A stretch of 64,000 bases of DNA. Origin: Gammaproteobacteria bacterium (lineage in GTDB: Bacteria; Pseudomonadota; Gammaproteobacteria; SZUA-140). The stretch's first letter is position 1, and each line of letters begins with the position of its first letter. The stretch is from the NCBI GenBank assembly GCA_016124415.1, contig WGNS01000045.1, positions 2,013-66,012 of the forward strand, in the 5' to 3' direction. The notes below the pieces were generated by a model. It worked only from the letters and a program-made list of their open reading frames with translations. It was not told the DNA's origin and did not search any database. Position numbers and translations under genes: made by a program. This document shows, in pieces, positions 18,913 through 27,427 of the stretch.

Positions 18913-20349
18913 GTTTGCCTTTTTGTCGCCCGGAGGCGTTTCTTTCTCCTGCCCGGCCCTGTTGATCTTGACGATCACGCCGTCCTTTTGCAGTGTCAGC
19001 GTCTCGGTTTGCGAGCTGACCTGTGAAAGATTGGCTTTGAGCTGATGATTCGCCTCGGCGAACGGGTCGAACATCAGATGGCTGACGCCCTGGACGTTCT
19101 TCAGCAACGTTTCACCGTCGGGGAAGTCCGGCGGCAGCGGCAGGACCGGGCGTTTGATGACCAGCATCGTCTTGCCGGGCCACTGGCTCATGATCAGGGT
19201 TTCATCGACGGGCGTATTCTTGATCTCGTCGACGAGCGCCAGGATCAACTGATCGACGTCGCCGAGTTGGTCGCCCTCGATACGCAGATGATGGGCCTTG
19301 TCCGCTTGCAGGAAGAGCAGGGACAGTAGGAAGCACAGGCCAAGGACGAGCCCCCGTTTGGCCATGAGTCCGTGTCCGGGAATTGCCTCGTTCGCGGCGA
19401 TCAGTCCCGGTGCGCCGACGAACAGCAACGTCGCCGTCGCGACGAGCGCCCAGTCGGCGTTGCCGGCAACGAGTCCGGCGACGGAGGCGAGGACGAGCGC
19501 GGACAACATGAGGTCATTGCCCAGTTGCCGGCGAATCGGGATCAAAGCACCCAACAGGAACACTGCCGCGAGCACGGCGACGATGAGGCCGAAGTCGGTC
19601 CCCGCCAGCAGCGAACCGCTGATGGCGGATTGCAGTGCGGGCATGGGGTTATCCAGCCAGACCAGGTTGTCTCCCCATCCCATGCGCAGGATGAATTCGA
19701 AGGTGATCGCGAAGACGACGCCGATGTAAATGTGCTTCTGCTGCCGCTCATCGATCGGGTTCCGGTGCCAAGTGAGGAGCAGCGCGGCCGGGTAGGCCAG
19801 TCCCATCGGATGCAGGCTCACGACGAAGGTGATGAGCAGCAGTTGGACGAAGAACCAACCGCCCAGCGGCCGGTGGGCCTGGCGATAGCGGTGATCTAGC
19901 CAGGCGCCGACTGCGAAGGCGAGCAACAGATAAGGGCCGTTGCCGAGACTGTCGATCTGGGTCAACAATCCGGGGGCGATCAGGAACAGGCCGCTCGCGA
20001 TCAACGCGGCTTCGGGGCCTACGCGGCGCTGGCTCCATCGGTAAAGGGCATAGGTGGCCAGGAAGGCCATGAGCAGCGAAAAGACCTTGGCCGCCAACAG
20101 GCTGCCGGGCCAGTAAAGTCCGAGCGGAAGGAACAGCAGACAGCGCAGGTCGGGGAGGCCGAATACGAAGACCGTACTGATCACCCGGTCCGATACCGAC
20201 CAGTTCAGGAGCAGGGCGTGCGCGGCGGCCTCATCAATGCCGAAGGCGTCGAACCTAAGGCTGTCGGAAAAGAGCAGCGCGGCGCCCCAAACGACGCCTA
20301 TCAGGACGGCCCAATAAGCAGGCCGCATGCGTGTCAACTGAAACCTCAT
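18910..20349 (-). CDS. Polytopic membrane protein, GT-C (ArnT/PMT)-like putative glycosyltransferase
   Basis: About 11 hydrophobic segments, an acidic DE pair in the first loop (FGIDEAAAH), and a soluble C-terminal ~100 aa. 479 aa. The function is assigned by architecture only. Confidence 0.4.
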   Translation of the reverse strand: MRFQLTRMRPAYWAVLIGVVWGAALLFSDSLRFDAFGIDEAAAHALLLNWSVSDRVISTVFVFGLPDLRCLLFLPLGLYWPGSLLAAKVFSLLMAFLATYALYRWSQRRVGPEAALIASGLFLIAPGLLTQIDSLGNGPYLLLAFAVGAWLDHRYRQAHRPLGGWFFVQLLLITFVVSLHPMGLAYPAALLLTWHRNPIDERQQKHIYIGVVFAITFEFILRMGWGDNLVWLDNPMPALQSAISGSLLAGTDFGLIVAVLAAVFLLGALIPIRRQLGNDLMLSALVLASVAGLVAGNADWALVATATLLFVGAPGLIAANEAIPGHGLMAKRGLVLGLCFLLSLLFLQADKAHHLRIEGDQLGDVDQLILALVDEIKNTPVDETLIMSQWPGKTMLVIKRPVLPLPPDFPDGETLLKNVQGVSHLMFDPFAEANHQLKANLSQVSSQTETLTLQKDGVIVKINRAGQEKETPPGDKKAN

Positions 20350-20584
20350 TGTGTAAAAACTCCTGAGCGGACCGCTTGCGGTCGGGGTCCGTTTGGATCA
20401 TCCGGCCATCGCCGGTCTAAAACCTATCTCGAAACGTCAACGCCCGCCGATGGCCGGATAGGCTCCAATATTATTTTTGCGGCGGCAAGTGTAGCACCGA
20501 ACCGCCGTGTTAATTAAGGCTGGCTTGCATTTTTCATCCCGCTTCTCCAAGCTGGCGTTTTTCAACCGACCGGATCCGTTTCCC

Positions 20585-22498
20585 ATGACCTGCCTTCGTC
20601 TCGATCAGGCCGCGCTTGCCTTCGGCCATGTTCCTCTGTTGGATCAAGCCGACTTTCAGCTTGAAGAGGGAGAGCGCGTCGGATTGATCGGGCGCAACGG
20701 CACCGGCAAGTCCAGCCTGTTGCGCGTCCTTGCCGGTGTCACCCAGCTGGACGATGGAAGGATGTGGCGCAAGGACGGGCTCACGCTTTGCTATGTGAGC
20801 CAGGAACCGGAGTTGGATTCGGAATCCTCGGTTTTCGAAGCGGTGGCCCAAGGACTCGCCGGTCTGAACACGTTGTTGTCCGAATATCACGCCCTGACTC
20901 AGCGCATGGCGGATCCCGATGCGGACCACGACGGCCTGCTCAAGGCCATGCAAACGTTGCAGGCCAAACTCGAGGCCGCCGACGGCTGGACGGCGAGCAA
21001 CCGGATCGACACGGTGATCGCCCGCCTCGGTCTGGAGGCGGACGTCAAGGTCGGGGCATTGTCCGGCGGTCTCAGAAAACGCGTCGCGCTTGCCGTGGCG
21101 CTGGTTCAGGAACCGGATGTGCTGATCCTGGACGAGCCGACCAACCACCTGGATTTTTCATCGATCGAATGGCTGGAGGGGCTGCTCAAGGGATTCAACG
21201 GGGCGGTCCTGCTTGTCACGCACGATCGCCGCTTTCTCGACAACGTCGTGACCCGGATCGTCGAGCTCGATCGGGGCCGTTTACAGAGCTTCCCCGGCAA
21301 TTTCACCGACTATCAGCGCCTCAAGGCAGCGATGCTGGAAAGCGAGGCCGTGGAGAGGGCCAAATTCGACAAGTTCCTGGCCCAGGAGGAGGCCTGGATC
21401 CGGCAGGGCATCAAGGCTCGCCGGACCCGCAACGAGGGCCGCGTGCGACGCCTCGAGGCCCTGCGCCGAGAACATGCCGTGCGTCGGGACCGCACCGGTT
21501 CCGTTGACATGCAGGTCGATGCCGGCGAACGCTCCGGGCGGCTCGTGGCGGAGCTCGAGCATGTCACCAAGTCATTCGGCGATCGCGTCGTGATCCGGGA
21601 TTTTTCCTGCCAGATCCGGCGCGGCGACAAGGTCGGCGTGCTCGGCCCCAACGGTGCCGGCAAAAGCACGCTGCTCAAGATCATCCTGGGCGAACTCAGA
21701 CCCGATTCGGGAACGGTCCGGCAGGGGACGCGACTCGAAGTCGCCTATTTCGATCAGATGCGCGCCCAATTGGACGACAACGCCACGCTCGTCGAGACCG
21801 TGAGTCCCGGCGGCGACTTTGTCGAGATCGGCGGTCGCAAACGCCACGTCATCGGCTATCTGGGCGACTTCCTGTTCGCGCCCGAGCGGGCGCGCTCGCC
21901 CGTCAAGAGCTGTTCGGGCGGGGAGCGAAACAGGTTGTTGCTGGCGCGCTTGTTTACTCAGCCGGCCAATGTCCTGGTTCTGGACGAGCCCACGAACGAT
22001 CTCGACATCGAGACCCTGGAGTTGCTTGAGGATCTGCTGGTCGAGTACGAGGGAACGCTCTTCCTGGTCAGCCACGACCGGACTTTCCTCGACAACGTCG
22101 TGACCCAGGTCATCGCCTTCGAGCACGATGGCACGCTTCGCGAATACGTCGGGGGTTATGAAGACTGGCAACGGCAGAAGGCCGCGGTCGGGGCACGTGA
22201 CGTTCCCCAAAAGCGGCCGCCCGAGAAAGAAGCAAAACCCGCCAAAGCCGCGCCGGCAAAGAGCGGCGTCAAGCGGCTTGACTATATGGCCCAGCGCGAA
22301 CTCGACGCCTTGCCGGAGCAAATCGAGGCGTTGGAAACGGAGCAGAAAGAGATCGTTGAAGTCCTGGGCGCCGGGACGCTATATCGGGACGATCCCGAGC
22401 GTGCGAAGGCGCTGCAACTGCGGGCGGATGAGATTGAGGAGACGCTTATCCGGCTCATCGATCGCTGGGAGGAGCTCGAGCGCCGACGCGAAGGCTGA
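20585..22498 (+). CDS. uup: ABC-F family ATPase Uup
   Basis: Two ABC cassettes (GRNGTGKSSLL and [11 protein letters not shown]; LSGGLRKR and CSGGERNR), no transmembrane domain, and a C-terminal coiled coil. I chose the start at ATG 20585 (MTCLRLDQA...). Confidence 0.85.
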   Translation: MTCLRLDQAALAFGHVPLLDQADFQLEEGERVGLIGRNGTGKSSLLRVLAGVTQLDDGRMWRKDGLTLCYVSQEPELDSESSVFEAVAQGLAGLNTLLSEYHALTQRMADPDADHDGLLKAMQTLQAKLEAADGWTASNRIDTVIARLGLEADVKVGALSGGLRKRVALAVALVQEPDVLILDEPTNHLDFSSIEWLEGLLKGFNGAVLLVTHDRRFLDNVVTRIVELDRGRLQSFPGNFTDYQRLKAAMLESEAVERAKFDKFLAQEEAWIRQGIKARRTRNEGRVRRLEALRREHAVRRDRTGSVDMQVDAGERSGRLVAELEHVTKSFGDRVVIRDFSCQIRRGDKVGVLGPNGAGKSTLLKIILGELRPDSGTVRQGTRLEVAYFDQMRAQLDDNATLVETVSPGGDFVEIGGRKRHVIGYLGDFLFAPERARSPVKSCSGGERNRLLLARLFTQPANVLVLDEPTNDLDIETLELLEDLLVEYEGTLFLVSHDRTFLDNVVTQVIAFEHDGTLREYVGGYEDWQRQKAAVGARDVPQKRPPEKEAKPAKAAPAKSGVKRLDYMAQRELDALPEQIEALETEQKEIVEVLGAGTLYRDDPERAKALQLRADEIEETLIRLIDRWEELERRREG

Positions 22499-22579
22499 GA
22501 ATGAGAACGGGTGCTTAAAGCGGATAAGCCGCTGTGCCGATAGCGGGATATGTCTTCCCTATCGGCAAAAGGTCCCGTC

Positions 22580-23044
22580 ATGTATCCGAAAAATTACTGT
22601 TCTACCCGCCGGACATGCGCATTCGGCGCCGTTTCCGGTTTCACACTCATCGAACTGGTCATCGCGATGGCGGTTGTCGCCTTGCTCGCCGCTGTGGCCA
22701 TTCCCGCATATAACGACTTTACCTCCCGGGGAAAGCTTGCCGAGGGGATGGCCAACCTGAGCAATCTGCGCCTGCAAATGGAGCAGTACTATTCGGATAA
22801 CCGCACGTATCGTAACGCGGCGGGCGCCTGTGCCGTTGCCGATTTCAACGGTAATGATTTCGCATTTACCTGTCAGACGGCGAGCGCAACGACCTTCACG
22901 TGGACGGCAACCAGTCTTTCCGGCCTGGGTTCCGGCGCCTATCAGTACTCTATCGATCAAAACGGTACGCGCAAAACGCTCAAATACGACGGCGCCGCTT
23001 CGGCAAGTCAGTGTTGGGAGGTTCGCGCGGGGAAATGTTCCTGA
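22580..23044 (+). CDS. Type IV pilin-like protein, PilE-like
   Basis: Prepilin cleavage/methylation site G|FTLIELVIAMAVVALLAAVAIPAY and a C-terminal Cys pair. The start is uncertain (22550 or 22580). Confidence 0.75.
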   Translation: MYPKNYCSTRRTCAFGAVSGFTLIELVIAMAVVALLAAVAIPAYNDFTSRGKLAEGMANLSNLRLQMEQYYSDNRTYRNAAGACAVADFNGNDFAFTCQTASATTFTWTATSLSGLGSGAYQYSIDQNGTRKTLKYDGAASASQCWEVRAGKCS

Positions 23045-23109
23045 CGGAGCGGATTCGTGAACTGTGACCGACTTCCCTTTCTTGAGCGTCTTCGATTCGT
23101 AGGCTTGGG

Positions 23110-23592
23110 ATGATGTATCAGGCGATTCGAATGAACGGGGTACGCGCGATGTGTTCGCGACTGCCGGCTCAGTGTGGTTTCACGCTGATCGAGCTTATGG
23201 TCGTGATCTCCATGGTCGCGATACTGGCGGGAATTATCGTTCCCGGCATGAGCGGCATGGTCGCGCGGAGTTCAATCAATACCGCCGAGCAAGACCTCAT
23301 GCAGGCCTTTAGAACCGCCAAAAACGTGGCTCGCGATCGCAATACCTCGGTCACGATCACCCTGGTTCTGAACAGCCGGGACATCACGTTGACCTCCGCG
23401 GACGGTACGTTCAATCAGACGGTTTCGCTGCCGAGCGGCACCGCCCCCAATGCCGCCGATGCCTATGTATTTAACCCCATGGGTCTCGTTGATAAGACGG
23501 GGACCATTACCTTGACGTCCACGCGGGACAATACCCTGACGCGGACGGTCACGATTCAGACGCTGTTCGGACAGATGGAAGGGAGCAGTTAG
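23110..23592 (+). CDS. Type IV minor pilin, GspH/FimT/FimU family
   Basis: G|FTLIELMVVISMVAILAGIIVP, 160 aa. Confidence 0.7.
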   Translation: MMYQAIRMNGVRAMCSRLPAQCGFTLIELMVVISMVAILAGIIVPGMSGMVARSSINTAEQDLMQAFRTAKNVARDRNTSVTITLVLNSRDITLTSADGTFNQTVSLPSGTAPNAADAYVFNPMGLVDKTGTITLTSTRDNTLTRTVTIQTLFGQMEGSS

Positions 23593-24063
23593 GTGCCGAT
23601 GAACCGTTTGCAAAAGCGACGTCCGGAGGCGGGGTTTACGATGATCGAGGTGCTGATCGCCCTCGTCGTGTTCGCTTTGGGCGTATTGGGCTTGTCGCAG
23701 ATCACGGGCAACGCCATCGTGATCGCTTCCGATAACAACGCCAGAGCCGTGGCGCTCGATGTCGCATCACAGCAACTGGAACCGCTCTATGTGGCGGCCG
23801 GTAACGGCAACGCCGCCTTCAAGGTCGGACTGAACGCCTTCGCGGGCGGTCTGGCGGTCAACGGAAACGGCGGCCGCGACAGCTACACGATCACGATCAC
23901 GCAGGCCCAAGACAGTAGCGTGCCTCCCGTGGACCTTTTGACGGACAACAATACCGCCGCCTGGGTCTCGCCGTTCAACGTTGCGGCAAGCGTGTCCTAT
24001 GCCGGCCGCAACGGCACCAAGACCGCTCTGGCATCCTTCAACTTCGTTTCGACCGGGCCGTGA
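23593..24063 (+). CDS. pilV: Type IV minor pilin PilV-like
   Basis: AG|FTMIEVLIALVVFALGVLGL, 156 aa. Confidence 0.7.
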   Translation: MPMNRLQKRRPEAGFTMIEVLIALVVFALGVLGLSQITGNAIVIASDNNARAVALDVASQQLEPLYVAAGNGNAAFKVGLNAFAGGLAVNGNGGRDSYTITITQAQDSSVPPVDLLTDNNTAAWVSPFNVAASVSYAGRNGTKTALASFNFVSTGP

Positions 24064-24064
24064 T

Positions 24065-24673
24065 ATGACTCAATGGCTTGCCAATCGTCCTAATGCCGCC
24101 GGCCGACGCGAGCAGGGTTTTACGCTCGTCGAGGTCATGGTTTCGGTCACGGTTGCAAGCATCCTGTCTCTGGCCGTGGTCTCGGCCTATTCGACCCAGG
24201 CCGGCACCTATATGACGCAGGGGCGCAGTAGTCAGGCCGTGGAAGACGGGCGCGAGGTCTACATGGTGCTGAACCATTTGCTCCGCCAGGCGGAAAGCAG
24301 TTCGATCGTTGTTACCCAGAACGCCGGGTCTACGGTCATAGACTTCACCGTGCCGTCCGGATATTCGATTTGGCCTAACACGACCGCGCCCTATGACAGA
24401 AATGCGATTCGCATTGCCTGGAGCGACAGCGGGGCAAATGCAAACCAAATTATGGTGTCCTCCGCGACGAGCGTCGGCGGTTTGGGCGCTGCCGCGGCGA
24501 CGGCGCTGGCCGGCAGTAACTCGGGAAGCAATACACGGGTCATCGGTCTGACCATGACTGCGCTCGCACCGGCCGGCTACACGCTTACCGTGACGACCAG
24601 GGCCGGAGTCACTCCGCCCGGACAGACCGCTACCGGAACGACCTTCGACGGGCTCGTCTTACCCAGGAATTGA
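24065..24673 (+). CDS. pilW: Type IV minor pilin PilW-like
   Basis: QG|FTLVEVMVSVTVASILSLAVV. Start at ATG 24065, 1 nt after the pilV stop. At 202 aa it is short for PilW. Confidence 0.6.
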   Translation: MTQWLANRPNAAGRREQGFTLVEVMVSVTVASILSLAVVSAYSTQAGTYMTQGRSSQAVEDGREVYMVLNHLLRQAESSSIVVTQNAGSTVIDFTVPSGYSIWPNTTAPYDRNAIRIAWSDSGANANQIMVSSATSVGGLGAAAATALAGSNSGSNTRVIGLTMTALAPAGYTLTVTTRAGVTPPGQTATGTTFDGLVLPRN

Positions 24674-25443
24674 TCATGATCCATGCGCATCGATTCGACC
24701 GAATGCCGGCGCCGCCCAAAAGCGAGCGCGGTTATATCCTGCTCCTGGTCGCCATTTTCATACTGGTTCTGATGAGCACTTCGGCCCAGTTCTTTAACCG
24801 GGTGACCGAGAACACCCGGATGTCGGGCGGCATGCGCGACAACAACGAGGCGGTGCTGCTCGCGGAAAGTGCGCTGAACCACCTCATGGGGCAGTTCGTG
24901 AACAGTCTGGACGCCAACGCAAACGGCACCGCCGACAAAACGGATGCCGGTGCGATCCAGGTCAACATGACCGATCCGTCCGGGGTGCTGATGCCCTATA
25001 TGTTCTACGTCAGCACGGGCACCGCGTTGGATCAGACGACGCCAAGCTTGTTGCAGAAGGTCGCTGACGGTGAAGCCAGCAATGCCGCCGCAGCCGCCTA
25101 TGCCGTACCGCGCGTCAGCAGCGGTACCGCGACCGTGCGTGTGAACAGCCTGTTCATCTCCGCTGCGATGAAGCCGATGCTTTACACGGTGAACAACAAT
25201 GGTCTCCTGATCGACAGCGCCGCGGCGAATTGGAACGGCGAGGCCAATTCGAGCAAGGCCGCCGCCTGGATCGAGGTAGCGCAAACCCCGAATCAAGCCG
25301 ACGCCGTCGACCTCTATGTTCAGGCGGTCGCCGAGGTCGGCAACGCGCATACCTATCTCCAGCGGTACATCGGGACCTATTTCTCAAGCGTCACGATCGG
25401 CAGCATCTCCGTTCTGGCCGAGGCCAGCAATATCCTTCGCTAG
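24670..25443 (+). CDS. pilX: Type IV minor pilin PilX-like
   Basis: ERG|YILLLVAIFILVLMSTSAQF (PilX N-terminal type). It overlaps the pilW stop. 257 aa. Confidence 0.55.
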   Translation: MIMIHAHRFDRMPAPPKSERGYILLLVAIFILVLMSTSAQFFNRVTENTRMSGGMRDNNEAVLLAESALNHLMGQFVNSLDANANGTADKTDAGAIQVNMTDPSGVLMPYMFYVSTGTALDQTTPSLLQKVADGEASNAAAAAYAVPRVSSGTATVRVNSLFISAAMKPMLYTVNNNGLLIDSAAANWNGEANSSKAAAWIEVAQTPNQADAVDLYVQAVAEVGNAHTYLQRYIGTYFSSVTIGSISVLAEASNILR

Positions 25444-25468
25444 CGTGATCGGGCTGCCGGCCCGACCA

Positions 25469-26017
25469 TTACCGTCCGCGCATACGGTGGAAGACCCAGA
25501 GCAGGGCAGCGATCACGACAATTCCGCCCATGACCTCGAGTTCGTATTTTCTGATATCGCCTAGCACCGATTCGATCGCACGACCGAAGTAGTACCCCGC
25601 CGCACCGATCGTCGTAGCCCAGATCGACGCACCGGCAATATTGAAAAGTATGAACCGTAGCGGCTTGATCTCGGTCAGGCCGACCGCAATGGGCGTAATC
25701 GTGCGCAATCCGTATAGGAAGCGAAATCCGAGCAACAGCGGAACCTGGTGACGTTCCAGGTGTTTGAGGACCTTTTGGGCGCCGGCTTGCCAGCGCGGTC
25801 GCCGGGCCAGAAGCGAGCGGCCATGGCGCCGACCGAGAAAGTAAAAGAATTGGTCGCCGGCCACGGAGCCGAGGAAGCCGCAGGCGATGACGAGCTCGAG
25901 TGAAAGATACCCCAGTTGAGCCGCCAACCCGCCGAGCATCAGGATGGTCTCGCCCTCGAAAAAGGTTCCGACGAGCAGGACCGGATAGCCGTAGTTCGTT
26001 ACCCAGTCCTCAAGCAT
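25469..26017 (-). CDS. DedA-family inner membrane protein
   Basis: GYPVLLVGTFFEGETILMLGG...GDQFFYFLGRRHG...FRFLYGLRTITP, 182 aa. Confidence 0.85.
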   Translation of the reverse strand: MLEDWVTNYGYPVLLVGTFFEGETILMLGGLAAQLGYLSLELVIACGFLGSVAGDQFFYFLGRRHGRSLLARRPRWQAGAQKVLKHLERHQVPLLLGFRFLYGLRTITPIAVGLTEIKPLRFILFNIAGASIWATTIGAAGYYFGRAIESVLGDIRKYELEVMGGIVVIAALLWVFHRMRGR

Positions 26018-26115
26018 GTTCCTCCTTTCGCAGCCGGCGGCCCGTAAGCGCGGGGTTGTCCGATCATATCACGCCTCGGTACACAAGATCGGCTCGAACG
26101 TTCTCGCGCGGGATC

Positions 26116-26787
26116 TCAATGGGGCGCCTGGCTCCACAACGCCTCGAGCCGGCTGTCCCGCCCGCAACTGTAGCGATAGAAGCGGTACCGCAGGGGGTTC
26201 TTCTTGTAATAGTTCTGATGATAGTCCTCTGCCGGGTAGAACTTGGCTGCCGGGGTGATCTCGGTCACGATGGGATCCTTGAAAGGCTTGGTCTCTTCCA
26301 ATTGCGCGAGGGACCGTTCCGCAGCGGCCTTCTGGGCGTCGTTCATGTAGAAGATCGCCGTACGGTATTGATGTCCGTGGTCGCAGAACTGGGCGTCGCG
26401 CGTCGTCGGATCGATGAAACGCCAGAAGGCATCCAACAGCTGATCGTAGCTGATCCGTGAAGGGTCAAAGGTCACCTTTACGGATTCGGCGTGCCCGGTG
26501 CCGCCCGCCGAGACCTCTTTGTAGGTCGGGTTGTCCTTGTGGCCGCCCGTATAGCCCGAGATGGTCTCTACGACGCCGGGCAGCGAGTCCATATCGGATT
26601 CGAGACACCAGAAGCAGCCTCCGGCAAAGATGGCCTGTTCGAGATGGGCCTGGTTCATGGTTTTGTCCTCAGGTTGAGCGTTGACTTGTCCCGCAAAGAT
26701 GAAAAGGCCTGCCAGGAGCGCCAGAAGAACGCCCGGCGACCGCGAGGTTCGGGTAGCCGGATTCGAGGCGATGTTCCACCGTATCAT
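26116..26787 (-). CDS. msrA: Peptide-methionine (S)-S-oxide reductase MsrA with N-terminal export signal
   Basis: FAGGCFWCLESD catalytic motif, preceded by ...SPGVLLALLAGLFIFAGQVNA|QPE. The start ATG (cat 26785-26787) overlaps the msrB stop (ATGA). The track ORF (to 27150) over-extends. Confidence 0.85.
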   Translation of the reverse strand: MIRWNIASNPATRTSRSPGVLLALLAGLFIFAGQVNAQPEDKTMNQAHLEQAIFAGGCFWCLESDMDSLPGVVETISGYTGGHKDNPTYKEVSAGGTGHAESVKVTFDPSRISYDQLLDAFWRFIDPTTRDAQFCDHGHQYRTAIFYMNDAQKAAAERSLAQLEETKPFKDPIVTEITPAAKFYPAEDYHQNYYKKNPLRYRFYRYSCGRDSRLEALWSQAPH

Positions 26788-27272
26788 GTCCGGTCCTCCC
26801 GGAAATATAGAGCGAGGCCGTTGTTGCAATACCTGAGCCCCGTGGGTTTGGGGCCGTCCTTGAACACGTGACCCTGGTGGCCGCCGCAGCGCGCGCAGTG
26901 ATACTCCTTGCGCGGCAGAATTAGCCGGAAGTCCGTCTTGGTCTCGATGGCGTCGGGCAGCACGTCGAAGAAGCTCGGCCAGCCGGTGCCGCTGTCGAAT
27001 TTCATGGCGGACGTGAACAGCGGCAACTCGCAGCCCGCGCAGACGTAGGTCCCCGAGCGCTTTTCGTGGTTGAGCGGGCTTGAGAACGAGGGTTCGGTAT
27101 CCTCCTCGCGAAGGACGAGGTAGCGATCGTGCGGCAGCCGCCGCCGCCATTCCGCGTCCGACAGCGAGATCCGGTCCGCGCGGAGCAGTGTCTTATCCGA
27201 CGCCGCTTGTAGGCGGCTCGCTCCGAGCGCCATCGTGCCGGCCATCAGGGATACAAGGGTTCGTCGTTTCAT
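26784..27272 (-). CDS. msrB: Peptide-methionine (R)-S-oxide reductase MsrB with N-terminal (Tat-like) signal
   Basis: CAGCELPLF and CARCGGHQGHVF zinc motifs, and catalytic RYCNNG. The N-terminus MKRRTLVSLMAGTMALGASRLQAA is signal-like. Confidence 0.85.
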   Translation of the reverse strand: MKRRTLVSLMAGTMALGASRLQAASDKTLLRADRISLSDAEWRRRLPHDRYLVLREEDTEPSFSSPLNHEKRSGTYVCAGCELPLFTSAMKFDSGTGWPSFFDVLPDAIETKTDFRLILPRKEYHCARCGGHQGHVFKDGPKPTGLRYCNNGLALYFREDRT

Positions 27273-27427
27273 GGGGAGTTCCTCAATCGCATGAATATGT
27301 CTCTGTCGTACTCATGAGACCACTTATTCCTACTGATATTCTCAAGTAAAAATAACAATTTTGTAACAACGAACGGATGGCCCGATGTGCTGGACGTTTA
27401 TCCGGGATCACCACATAATGCCGGCCT

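Noticed and set aside
26788-27150. N-terminal 121-codon extension of the msrA ORF. The same kind of 5' over-extension occurs in the mutM (17868), radA (59332), uup (20507), EIIA-Man (41589) and lolD (28593) track ORFs.
   Set aside because: The extensions overlap the preceding gene out of frame and are compositionally junk. Internal ATGs coincide with conserved N-termini or stop/start coupling.
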